From Eukaryota sp. GEM-RC1 (lineage: Eukaryota): a DNA stretch of 64,000 nt. The notes under the pieces were generated by a model that was not told the DNA's origin, made no database searches, and saw only the letters and a program-made list of their open reading frames with translations. Below, piece by piece: positions 39,607 to 51,375 of this stretch (position 1 is its first letter; each line of letters starts with the position of its first letter). The DNA lies in the NCBI GenBank assembly GCA_040285855.1, contig JAUFOQ010000005.1, positions 2,232,001-2,296,000 of the forward strand, given 5' to 3'. The position numbers and the translations under genes are program-made.

Positions 39607-40844
39607 TTAGTTCTAAAATTAGTATAAAATAGATTTTCATTTCAGTTGGTGTATATCTGTTGAAATGAAGTGTGTTAAGGTCATCAAGAGAAGTGTTTCT
39701 GATGGTTTTGAAAATTTGAATTGTTATATGATGACCTTGGTGACCTTTAATACAACATGAATCTAACATACAATCAAAAGTGGTGAATTCACAGTTCATG
39801 GTGATATTTTAAACAACAAATTAATAAAAGGACCTAATTGAATTTTTTTTGGATAAACAGACCCTATTAAAATGCTTGGTTTAAATAGACTAGAAACATT
39901 TGAGTTTCAAACTGAAGAAAACTCAAAAATTGTCCATCAATTTAACGTACATTACACCCAATTTTGTCTTAACTAATGATGATTTAGCTATCGATTAAGA
40001 CGTTCAGTCTCTTTGTATTTTGCAAAAGTAATACCTTGGCCATTCCAGCTATAATTGAACTTTAATCATTGTGATATATAAGGAAAAACATTACACGTCA
40101 TTGTGACAGAGTATACAATTAGGATTCACTAAAGTAGACCGACATTGCAATTGTTTGAGAAACTGTCCTCGTTTGGTGTGAAAGCTAAGATTACAAAACG
40201 TACTCTTTTAACTAATCGGGATGAAGTCGTTTGGATTTAGTCTTAGTACTATGTATTCGGTCTAGCAAGGACAAATTTGTGTAGGAAGGTTACTTTTTTG
40301 GGTTTCGAATAATACTGGTTTCGAAAACAACATACTTCATCTCGAGATCTAAGAAATCTTTAGTGTATTGATTTTGCGAATTCAATTTTTTTTGCATTCA
40401 AAAAGGTTTATGATAATAATTGTGAGAAAAAACGCACGATACGTTCCTAAAAGTGAGCACGCGGACAAAATACTTAGAATTTCAAAAGAGCTCTGTGGGT
40501 TTGATGAACATCGATTCTTGGAGCAACACTTTGTATCTAAATACAACAAAAAGCAGAACCAATGAGAAACAACAATTAATCCTTAAAAGGAAAGATACGA
40601 CCCATTGTAACATTAAAATTTCAAAATTTTGCAGAAAAGTTACTGAATACGAGTTTACACCTTTAGACCAAAATCATTCATTCTATTTTGTTTGAGATTG
40701 ACTTCTACTACTTCATTTCTAAAGATACCCTGCAAATCCTCATGCTCAAATGTTGCTTCAATTCCACTCCTACTATCAGCCCATCTGTATGTCTTTGAAA
40801 AAACTTCCGACATTGATGATACATTTATAATTCATAGCCTTTTC

Positions 40845-41210
40845 ATCTGGAAAAGGCTGAACAGCGAAAGTGTTCAAATTATGCGGATGCTTTGCAGAAA
40901 CTTAATGAAAATCTATATTCTAAGTTTTCTTTTGTTCCATTTGCAATTTCAATTTTTGGCAATATTGGTCCAGCCGGTTTAAAAGTTTTTTAGTGATTTT
41001 AGTCTTTTATGTCGTTCTAATGGCAAGGTGTTTAATAGCGCTGTATGGATTAATCGAATTATGTTTGCTCTTTATAGAAGCATTCCCAAGTATTTATGTT
41101 CCATATATTCGAAGTTGTATAGGGACAATTCTCGAGTTGATGTGGAGAATTTAACTTCTTTCATTTTCTGAATTAGTATGTATTAATTTATTGTTGCAAA
41201 TAAACTCTTC
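40845..41210 (+). mobile_element. CRE-like RLE retrotransposon 3' fragment
   Basis: LEKAEQRK..NYADAL...PFAISIFGNIG...WINRIMF. Same family as 14180-14485. Confidence 0.75.
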
Positions 41211-41619
41211 CTGTTTTTGTTAGTAATAGTAGTATAGTCAAGTAAAACCGAAAGACATGTTACTAGTATTCAAGAATGTGATAAATGTTCTATAAGAAGT
41301 GTAATAACCATTTGAAAAATCTGTCAAAAAGTCGTAACATGCAAACTTGTTCGAGATACGACTTATCAAGAGTTGGGTGTACTCTATTATTAAAATGAGA
41401 TGATGATTTGTTTAAAACATATCAATTGATAATCCTATTAATTAGTGTATATAAAGCTGAAAACTTTCAGCAAATAAATGTATCTATTTAACTTCTATTG
41501 GGTTATTTCAAACTGGGTGATTTCAAGTTTCTTTTACTGAGAGATGTGGGTAGTAAATGGTAGAATTAGTCTCACTAATAAAACAATCTATTGGATGGAA
41601 ACACCGCTTTCATCTAAAC

Positions 41620-42207
41620 CTACAAAGAACCGGATGTCCTTTTCTGAGCAACAATTAAATAATTGCGTGGAAAATCTGTTTCCACACCGATACACTCAAA
41701 TCCTGCTACCTCCAGCTGACTCCTAACTGTCTCAACAGGAATCCTTGATGAACGTGGTGGGCCTCCGGGTCCTGCGTCCATCTTCCAATCAGAGACCAGC
41801 AGATGCTTTCCTGGACGTAAAATGCGATAACATTCAGCGAGGCTGTGTGAACAATCTGGAAGTTCATGATGAAGGTTTACCATTAAAATAAGATCTGCAG
41901 AAGTGCTATCAAGATGAATATCTGTATCACTGATTTGCATCGGATGTATGTGTGGATGAGAGATAGAACAGTGGGTCTTCATGTATGATATCATTTCGGG
42001 AGAAATGTCTAGGGCAAGGACACGGGCATTTGGGAAACATTCAGCTGCGCATATGCTGAAGAAGCCAGTACCTGCTCCAACATCTACAATTGTTTGGGGG
42101 GATGAGATTTCATAACGTAAAGCAATATCAGCAAGCGGGAAGTCATGGTGACGTTCCGGATTGTTCAGCTTTTCCAGTTTTCGAGGGTCAAATACATGAT
42201 GAGTCAT
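41620..42207 (-). CDS. Class I SAM-dependent methyltransferase, bacterial-like
   Basis: IVDVGAGTGFFS motif I, ALDISPEMI, ADLILMVNLHHE, RILRPGK, GPPRSSRI. Intronless intact ORF. Confidence 0.9.
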   Translation of the reverse strand: MTHHVFDPRKLEKLNNPERHHDFPLADIALRYEISSPQTIVDVGAGTGFFSICAAECFPNARVLALDISPEMISYMKTHCSISHPHIHPMQISDTDIHLDSTSADLILMVNLHHELPDCSHSLAECYRILRPGKHLLVSDWKMDAGPGGPPRSSRIPVETVRSQLEVAGFECIGVETDFPRNYLIVAQKRTSGSL

Positions 42208-44922
42208 TGAAGAAATGACAACTTTTGTTCCAACTTTTCTTGCTTCTCTGTTTTCCTTTACAGAAACGTGGAACGTAAACTAATCTGGAAGAAGATATAT
42301 AATTGTGTCGGTGTTCATTGTAATTACCATCATGAAAAGCATTGTTATCTAGATCACTGTGGAATCGTAAGACCTTACGTTACCCGGGTGGGACCTGGGA
42401 TCCCGTTGAACGGGATTCCTATTCTCTCCTTCACTCACTCCTAGTCGATGCATGGTACTTGAATTCTCATTTTGTGAACATTCACATATCTTCTGTTCTT
42501 ATGATCCTCTTTGTCAAAAGGATTATTTATGCAACCTCCACGTTTTTCAGATGATGACGTCGTCGTCACGATCATTTTGATTGTTTAAGGACTGATTGTT
42601 TTCTGTAATAGACACTCTCAGAACGCCGTTATTTTGCCTCTCTTGTTCTTCTAAATGTTTTTAAAATTCTTGTCTGGGTCCACAGATGAAATTTGTCTAT
42701 TGAATGGTAAAAGTAACTTTCACCATTTGTACAGTGTAATTAAATTGAATTTTGATTGTTAGATGCTTTAAGTCTTTCTTGTTTAACCACCAATCGTTTT
42801 TGCCTTGGCGTCTCCCTTATCTGATAAGTCTTGGTCAACTCAATGACTGTACCTATCTTCGCCGCTGAACTTGTCCTGGTGAAATCTATCTTCTTACTTA
42901 TCCTTTCTTTGACAAAAAGTCTGTGCAGACCGTTATCTTGACAGTTAATAGAGAATGACCAATTCCTTGTTCTGCACATAAATCTTTTCTTAAATACTTT
43001 GATTTAATTCACTTTTGATTAATTCCAAGAAATTTCGTAATCTGTAGTTCTTTTTACTATTAGTTTTTGTTGAAGAGGGAATGCTCTTAGACAAAACTCT
43101 ACCATGTTCATTTCCTACATGAAGTAAAACAGATTGAACGTGAACAAATACCACTCTACTTTTCTGAAAAACTCCGCGAAGAAAACAACCAGGACAAATT
43201 GATATCGATATCCGTAGTAGTCAATGTAAAAAACACATTATTTACGAACAGTATTCGATGCACGGTTGGCCACGTCAGCAAATGCGAAGACATTTTACTA
43301 TCTATCGACAACTTAAGGTTATGACAAACTCGCAACAATACTTGTTCTACCTTTTTCAAAAAAAAATAGTTTTTTTTGCAGAAATTGATGGTATGGTTTT
43401 AAAAGGTGCAATGGACGAAATGTCATCATTGTAAGCCACAATTTCCAATTCCTTATGCTTGGACTTAAGATAGTTAAGGATGGGGTGAATCGCAAGGCAG
43501 AACAAAAAGGACCAAGAGGATCACATTGTTCACCTGTTAGTGAAGAAAGATTAGCAAATCCAGAAAATTGTAGATAAACTAACATCAAATGAATTAAACA
43601 AATATTCCAATTCTGGAAAATGTTCTTGCAATTGCGGCATAATAGTGAGTCGACTGTCACGTGTACAAATGCAACGGTTGTAGCTATTCCTCTCACCAAA
43701 AGAGATCTCTCATCACTCACCAAAGAAGTTGTAAATTGCAAGACCCCGCGCTCGAGGCCTGATTATCAATTTCAGTGTGGAGTCACAGTGCTTACATGTA
43801 ACCACCAGTATGTGGGAATAACAGCAATTTGCAACACGTGGATGCACCTTAACTTCTATCTATCTCATCCTGTGATCAACGTTTGACAGAAACACCGTCG
43901 TTGATGACGTGATGTATATGAGCTCTAAAATTTGTTGTTTTAAAAGATGACAACACATCATTTACAGTGTTGTTCTCAGTGCACAGTAAATAATATTTAA
44001 ATAAAATGTCTAATATTATTATTTTCACAGCTGAAAAGAGCCTTTCACATGCGTTTGAGGTCTTGGCATGGAAAAAGGGCGAAAAAAGAAGACTAGTGGC
44101 ACACTAGTAGGGAGTTTCATTTAATGCCACACATTGGATCTACGGACAGTAGAGTTATACTGCTCACTGTTTTTTTTTGAAAAGAAAGGTCTTAATCTAG
44201 AGAATTCTTTTCAAAACTACCCAAAGGTCTTGTTCAAAGGTCTTCGTCTAATTCAGTCTCTTTTCCTCTTTCTCTCTAGGTTCTCTCTCTTCCTCTTTAA
44301 GTCAAATGGACTAATTTCTTTCGGCTTCATGTTTCGAACGAAAGAAGAAAATGTTTATAATTTTACAGCAAGAAACTAAATATTGGAGCTGTAGTACTGA
44401 TCAAAGTGAATTTTCATTTTCTTAATTTTAAATATTTAAATAACATTATGTTATACTGGACCCTGATTTTTGTAAGTCAAATGTCACTTAATTGCAAATA
44501 TTTTTCACAATGACAAGTTCCTTCAAAATTTTCGTTTCAGTGTGTATCATAAATGTAATACATATATTTAATTTTTTTAAATTACTACAGTCAAATTTAT
44601 TGAAATAATAAAGAAGTTCAACAGTGATCTGTGGGGAATCGAAATTCTTTCATGTTGCATCAAATGGATAATATTAACAAAAACAGAAAACGGAAGATGT
44701 AATACAACCAAGTACAATATGTATTGTGTATAAATTTGTTTGTTATAACGCATGGCTAACCAGAGTAAATTTTAATCCCAAAATTTGAAGTTCTGGAATT
44801 GAACAGAAATTCCCAAATTTCTTTACTCTAACACTCATGGAGATATCAAAAAATCAACTTCCAAATCAGGAAAAGAAAAAGAATGATATATTTACAGAAT
44901 AGAGAAACAAAAAACACATTGC

Positions 44923-45141
44923 TTATTTTTGGGGCTTCTGCTCTAAAATACTTTGAGGACACTGTGCTACATCAAGAAACTGGGGAAGTTGACTTATTTG
45001 TACGGTAGTTTGGGGAAGAGCACATGGGTTGGATGCATCGTACTTGGGGAAGGTCAAAGGTGAATCGCAGGTAGGACACCGCGTCGTCATGACACTCGAA
45101 GGACCACACTGATTACAAGACATGTAGAGGAAATTCTGCAT
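44923..45141 (-). CDS. Small putative zinc-ribbon protein (CxxC-x9-CxxC)
   Basis: ATG-initiated 72 aa with CNQC...CPTC. Divergent from N6AMT1 across a 52-bp gap. Confidence 0.5.
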   Translation of the reverse strand: MQNFLYMSCNQCGPSSVMTTRCPTCDSPLTFPKYDASNPCALPQTTVQISQLPQFLDVAQCPQSILEQKPQK

Positions 45142-45193
45142 TGAATCCTGATTGATTGTTCCCCAACTGGTCTTACATAAACTGTGTCTGAAG

Positions 45194-45843
45194 ATGAAGA
45201 TGAAGCTTCCTACACCTATCTATCCAATTCTTCCATACACCAGCTCCGTCTATCCTATAGGAGAAGACACATTTCTTCTTCTTGATGCTCTTCAAGATGA
45301 ACTTTCCTTTTACACGAGCTTTCTCCCACTATAATCACTGAAATAGGACCTGGACTTGGAGTTATAATCGCGGCTCTTGCTCTTCAGTTTCCTACATCTG
45401 TATCATTATGTGTTGATATCAACATGGATGCCTGTCAGGCATGTCTTAAAACAGAACTATTTAACCATACTACCCTAGACATCCTCCACGACAACATGAC
45501 GTCATCACTAGCCAATCACTTCAAAACAGATCTTCTCCTTTTCAATCCTCCCTATGTTTTCTCATCAGAGGAAGAGCTGATACAAGCACAACAGCATCCT
45601 AATAGTATGACTGCTCTGTCTGGAGGTAAAGATGGTTCAGCAATATTATTTAAATTTCTTGAAATAATTCCAACAATTCTGTCGAATGTCGGTGTTTGTT
45701 ACGTTGTAGTTATTGACTATAATGATTTATCGAAGATAGTTAATTATTTGAGAAGTCTTGGATTAAATGGTGACGTCATTCGGGAGGGACGAAATTCTTT
45801 TGAAAAACTTTACATTTTAAAAATTTCTTTTCTTAATGAGTGA
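45194..45843 (+). CDS. N6AMT1: HemK2/N6AMT1/Mtq2 eRF1 glutamine methyltransferase; apparent indel at ~45322
   Basis: VYPIGEDTFLLLDAL, EIGPGLG, VDIN, LFNPPYV, ALSGGKDG, FEKLYILK. Confidence 0.9.
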
Positions 45844-46332
45844 CTTTTGATGCAATGTTTCAATTTTTAGTTGTGTGTATGACCTTGAATTTGGATGTTT
45901 TGATCGATGTTTACTGTCATGTGAATTTGAGTTTTCCAATTTCGGAACTTTTGAGCTTTTGCTGCTCAAGTTAATGAGTTGTGTGGTCTCTAACACGTCA
46001 TCATGGGTCGAACTCCTTTATTTGACCGTCGATTAACTGTGATTCTAAGTGTACTGCCTTATATTCTTTGATTAAAGGTCATCATACACTGCAATTGTAA
46101 CAGTTGTTCATCATTTTGTTATTTATTGCAGTTATTATTAAAAATATTTAATCTATAATTGCGTTTATAAATATGAATTCCAGTTAATTACATTGAATCA
46201 TTGATTCGATTAACCTAAATAACTCACCCAAAAGTTTCCAAAATCGAAACCAATTCATAAAATACACACTCAATAAAACAGAAAAACAATAACTCAACCA
46301 AACAACAGCCATCACGTCATCTATCACGTCAT

Positions 46333-46794
46333 CTACGAGTACAGAGAGGTGCGTGACATCACTTTTACCCAGTCATCAACAGTAAGAGAGCCATCACCAT
46401 CCAGATCAGCTTCTTCAAGCATCTGAACCAACTCATCATCTGGTACGTTCTCTCCCAACTCCATTGCAACTTTCTTCAAGTCATCCAAATCAATCATCCC
46501 GTCTTGGTCATTGTCGAATAGGTTAAAGGCCTTCTTCATTTCCTCGGTAGGATCTCTGTCTAAAAGTTTGGTGGCCATCATTTGACGGAACTCTTCGAAG
46601 GATATTTCTGAGCTGGATTCTGTATGAAACTCTGATAGTAGCTTTTCAATGTCAGACTTGGAGGACTCAAGACCTAAAGCTTTCAAGGCTATTCGCAATT
46701 CTGACATATCGATGGAACCATTTCCATCAGTATCGAAGAGAGAGAATGCTTCTTGTATTTCATGTTCTTGTTCTTGTGTTAAGGGTGCTGACAT
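46333..46794 (-). CDS. CETN: Centrin (4 EF-hand)
   Basis: [85 protein letters not shown]. Confidence 0.92.
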   Translation of the reverse strand: MSAPLTQEQEHEIQEAFSLFDTDGNGSIDMSELRIALKALGLESSKSDIEKLLSEFHTESSSEISFEEFRQMMATKLLDRDPTEEMKKAFNLFDNDQDGMIDLDDLKKVAMELGENVPDDELVQMLEEADLDGDGSLTVDDWVKVMSRTSLYS

Positions 46795-46929
46795 GGATAA
46801 ATGTGAAGATGTGGGTAGACAGGAAGTTTTTCTGAAAAAGCCTCCCTAACAGTAGTTTTCATTTTAGGTGAATACTACTGTAGTATCCCCATTTTACCAA
46901 CACCCAATTCCCACAAACTCTTTTTTACT

Positions 46930-47050
46930 TATGGGATATACTTTTGGAATGCTTTGGGACTCAAGACTCAACTTAACGAGCATGTCTATCCACGCTTCGG
47001 AAGACACCAAAGTGAGGGCTGTTTGGTCCTTTCTCTGGATGGGGACGATC
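46930..47050 (+). mobile_element. Relic N-terminus of an IS630/Tc1 transposase
   Basis: MSIHASEDTKVRAVWSFLWMG matches MKLHASEDTKIRAVYTCLFLG of the 32254 transposase. Confidence 0.7.
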
Positions 47051-47965
47051 CATCTTCTGATTAGTCATCAGAGACTCTGATGATGCTTCTGTGCTCTTGC
47101 GTGAATTTTATTCCCCTTCCCTTTCCTCTCCCCAACAATTCCCCCATCTCCTCTTCTGTGGTCTGTTGTGTCCTTTTATACATGCCATTATCCTTCCTAA
47201 GGTTATCTGAAGTACAATCTAGTGCAGAACTTCACTTCCTTCGTATTCAATCGAGGTAGCTTCTTTCTTCCATTAAAGTAAGTTGAAGTTGTATTTCCCA
47301 TATGTGATTTTAAATCTCTGAGATAAATATTGTTTATTCGTAATTAGAACCAACCAATGTGTGCTGCAAATAGGGATAATTACCTACCGATATATTTGTC
47401 TCGCAAAGGCAGTTGCTTCTGCAATTTCCAATTGTTTAGTAATATAACCATTGGGTTTTTAAGACTGTATATCCTTGGTCTATCGCACAGTAGCAATAAT
47501 CAGTCATATAGAATGCTTAAAGAGAGGACTGGATGTTGTCACACTTGTTTTCAAGGTGTTTGAGAGAAGTCAAAATGAAGTAAAAGTAGGAACAAAGGAA
47601 GATCTGATGATGGGGACTGAGTGTTTCTAAAAGGAAGACGGGTCTTGAGTTTCTGGCAAAAGACTTCTGATCATTGTCGCCTGAATAGAGACCGAAAAAG
47701 GCGCATCTTAAAAGATAGAATCGTGAATGAAACTAACATGAAGATATTCTGAGAGAGTGAGGTATAATGACTAAAATTGTTGAGAGGAGGTAGGATAGTT
47801 GTACACAGTATCTAGAGAAGGAGACAAAGTTTTGCCATAAATTAACCGAGTTGTAAAGTGGAAAGTAAACTGTTGACAAACTAACAATCAAGTTGGAAAC
47901 TGAATCCTGTTGAGAGGAAAGTGACAAGAACGAATCACAATGTCGACAATTGTTATTTCCTTCCC

Positions 47966-50849
47966 ATGCCTCCTCTCAGTCTTCCCGAAGTAGTTCACGG
48001 CCCGGAGTATACATTTTATCCTTGTGGTTCATCCTCTCAGAACCATGGTGACACTATATTTCCCCCGCCTCTTAAGAAGTCTCACCTGTCTTCTGTAGAT
48101 GACATCCCACTGTATTGCCTTATTGATTTTAAAACGGTCATTACCGATAGTGAACGACTTACCCCACTCCTTTTCAATGTGAAGAAGAAGTCTCTTCCGA
48201 AATGCCCTACTACACAATCTTCAACAGAACTGGTTTCTAAAGAACAAGAGACTGCTGAAGTTCCAACAATCAGTGAAACAATTGAAGTGTCCAGGCCAGA
48301 GCTGGTACCAAATGCGGAGGATGATCAAATCATCCTTATTGTCCTCACATTTATTTACACCAATTTCGTTTCTACTGTTGTCATCAGTACCAAAGAAACA
48401 AGTGATTTTGATGGTGTTCAAACAATTACTTTTCCATCAGAAGAAGTCATGATTAATGGTCTTATATCTTTAATGTCCGAGAAAAAGCCTAGATTGCTTA
48501 TAAGTTATAACTCTGAAAAATTATTGTTCCCGTTTTTAATTGCACGATGTAAACTTTTGAACATCTCCACCACATTTAATGTGGATGAGCCATTCAGGCC
48601 TTTTATTCCCATCTGGTTCTATAGATGGTGTAAGCAAAGCGAATTTGGACCATTTATTTCCCTTGACATGGCAAATGTTGTAAAGTCAACCTATGTTTTC
48701 AAAGGTGGTAGAGGTTTAGAAAATGTTTGCTCCAAATTGTTTCAAAAGGCAATACCTAATTTAATTTTATCACCAACTGAATTCAAAACTTACTTCAACC
48801 AATTCAAAAAAATCCTAAAAATATCAACGGTTAGCCCTGAAGGGGAGAGGGAGTTTACTTTGCTTGCTCAAAATATTAAAACTTCCAAGTTATGGATGGA
48901 TGACAGAAAACGCAACTCTCTGGTTGAAGATTTGCTGAACAAAATTAAGATGTTGTCCGAATTGAAGAATTATTTTTTTGATGAAGAAATTCAGCTTGTT
49001 TTAGACCGCCCTCCGATTAAAGTCGTAAAAAAAGGATTGGATAAGGTTTTCAGAGATTATGAAAACATTCAATTAATTAAAATTTGTTCTAAACGAAATC
49101 AAAAAGCAACTGTGAGGGGGAACCACCTTCTTGAAGCATTTGCTTCTACGTGAATTTGAAGATTTTGGAAGAATCGAAGCTGAATCAATAGTCAAAGAAA
49201 GAGAATTGATGTTACTGCACGATGACCCTTCGTTGTCCATGATTGGAAATGATTCTGAGTCTTTTGAGAATTGTAATATCTGCTATAATTACAAAGACTT
49301 TTCGGTTCGCTTACCAGATTTGAGTCCTTTTTGGCTCTTGGTTCAATAAGGCACGTTCTCCGACGAATGTATGTGGAGAAAAAAAAGGCTTGCGGTATTT
49401 CCGACTTGAAAATGTCAAAAATAGAAGCAGAAGCAGTTTTGCAAAATGAAAAATTTGATCATTCTTTGAAACAAAAAATCGCATTACACTACTGTAATAA
49501 TTTTTGACCAATTCTTGACTCTCTGTCTCATGAAATTGGAAGTAACAACATTTCTTTTCCTAATTTGGAGTTTATGTCAGGCATATATCATTATACGGCT
49601 AAACAAATTGAAACCAATTATGCTAACAATTTGGCGAAATACTTACACAACTATGTCTTTCGCTACTTTAACATTGTTACGTTGAAGAACTATCGTCTTA
49701 AACAAATTAAAGAGCAACACTTAAAGAAGGAATTGAAATCAAAATTAAATTCCATCAGAGAACTGATTATTAATGGAAACTTTGAAGACATTCCAATTGA
49801 TGATCATATCATTTTCCCCCTTCCCGCAATCAGAATTGACTTTAATCTTTTTGCCTATTTGAAATTCTGTTTGTTCCCTACCATTGCCAAAGGCAAGAAT
49901 CTTTACTACGCTCAGAAAGTCAAGCCACTAAAATTTCTTTCTCATGCTGTTTATATCAACAGAACCATTCAGTCTTTTTGTTCAATTGATGGAAAACCCT
50001 TAAAGGTTAATAATCCGTTCCCAATGACTAAGACGTTGGTCCCACAGCATATTAGATTAGACACTGCTTGGATAAACCAAAGAGTTTTAAATTTGAAAGG
50101 TTCCGCTAACGTTATTCGAAAGGAAGTATTTGACTCTGTACTTACCAAAGCTGCTATTACTTCATCACGATCATTTGGTCTGAAGTATTCTTCGATTGTA
50201 ACAGATGGCATTTCTTGTTCCTTGGTTATGATTCGAAAAGATTTGCTGGATGAAAACGGTAACACCTTTGAAGACTTTACCGCAAAACCACTAATATCTT
50301 CGGAAAGATATATTGACTCTTTAACTTCGGAAGACATTGAAAAATTGAACCTGACAGAAAAGAGAATAATTGGCATTGACCCGAATGAATATGACTTGAT
50401 GTTTTGCGTATCTCCAAAAACAAATGAAGAGATATTATTTGAAGAATTTTCTTGTTCCGACAACAGTCCCACGAAAAAACGGCTACCTTCAGAAATGAGA
50501 CTGAAACAGAAAGGTGGTATTAAAAAAAGAAAAAAACAATTGAACCAATGGAGACAAACCCCATCTCAACGAGTACGGCTGAAACCAAACCACTTTTTGA
50601 CCAGCTTCAGGTACAGTGCTGGGGAGAGATCATATGACCGAAAAAGCAAGAAATATCGGTTAACTGAAAGAAGAAAACTAAAAACTGCCTTCTTTGAAAT
50701 TACGAAAACAGAAACTGAAAGATCGCTCCAAGATTATACAGTCGAAAATTCTAATGGTAGAACTGTTTCTGGTCAAGAAATCTTTGAAGAAATATTTGGA
50801 TTTGTTCTTCTATACACACAATATTTTTCTAGAGCTATGGTTCTGTTGA
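47966..50849 (+). pseudogene. PolB-exonuclease-like domain fused to a Fanzor1-like (TnpB-family) protein; disrupted and 3'-truncated
   Basis: Exonuclease-like: LIDFKT, VPNAEDDQIILI, FPSEEVM...KPRLLISYNSEKLLFPFLIARCKLL, LDMANVVK...LENVCSKLF. Fanzor1-like: IKVVKKGL, FLKHLLL, YTAKQIETNYANNL..Y...YFN, FPMTKTLVPQHIRLDT, IVTDGISCSL (50201), RuvC-I IIGIDP (Asp 50378), FRYSAGER. Disablements at 49116-49120, ~49320, TGA 49505-49507 and ~50771. Confidence 0.8.
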
Positions 50850-51375
50850 CCGGGACTTTGTTGTGTCTAGTGTACAATAGCTGTAATATTGATAAGTCTT
50901 TTTGTCCATTTATTGTTTTTCAATGTTGAACAAAACAATCTCTAACCGAGTTCAATGGACAAATTGGATAACAATCAGTATACATCTAAGTTGACCCCAA
51001 TTAGTTCGTCCGCAGCTCCAAACATAGTAATCAGTTTTAATTAACTCCGTATTACAGTTTAACTCGACCAACATCCAGTTTATAGAGAATAATACAAGCA
51101 AACACTTCTACTTCCTTGTATTGGGGCCTTGCTTGTATTGGAACCTTGCTTGTATTGGGACACCAACGATATTTGTCAAAATTTACGGCACATTACTGCT
51201 GTAAGTGGGATTGTTGTCACTGCAAATTAAAAAAAAATCCCTATATAAAATACTTCCAGTGGACAACCTTAACAAAATTCATAAATAAAAAAAACAATAA
51301 ACAAATACAACTGACGAACAAGAATTAAAACACTCATTCAACGTCAAAAAACCCAAATATCAATCAATCAATCAA

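Noticed and set aside
42340..43900. Cys/His-rich short ORFs, possibly a transposase remnant
   Set aside because: Too fragmented; I could not recognise a convincing motif.
47921..49153. A stand-alone DNA polymerase B or Polinton/virus polymerase gene
   Set aside because: No palm motifs (DxxSLYPS, YGDTDS) follow the exonuclease-like region. The frame runs into Fanzor-like sequence instead, and no capsid, ATPase or integrase genes are nearby.
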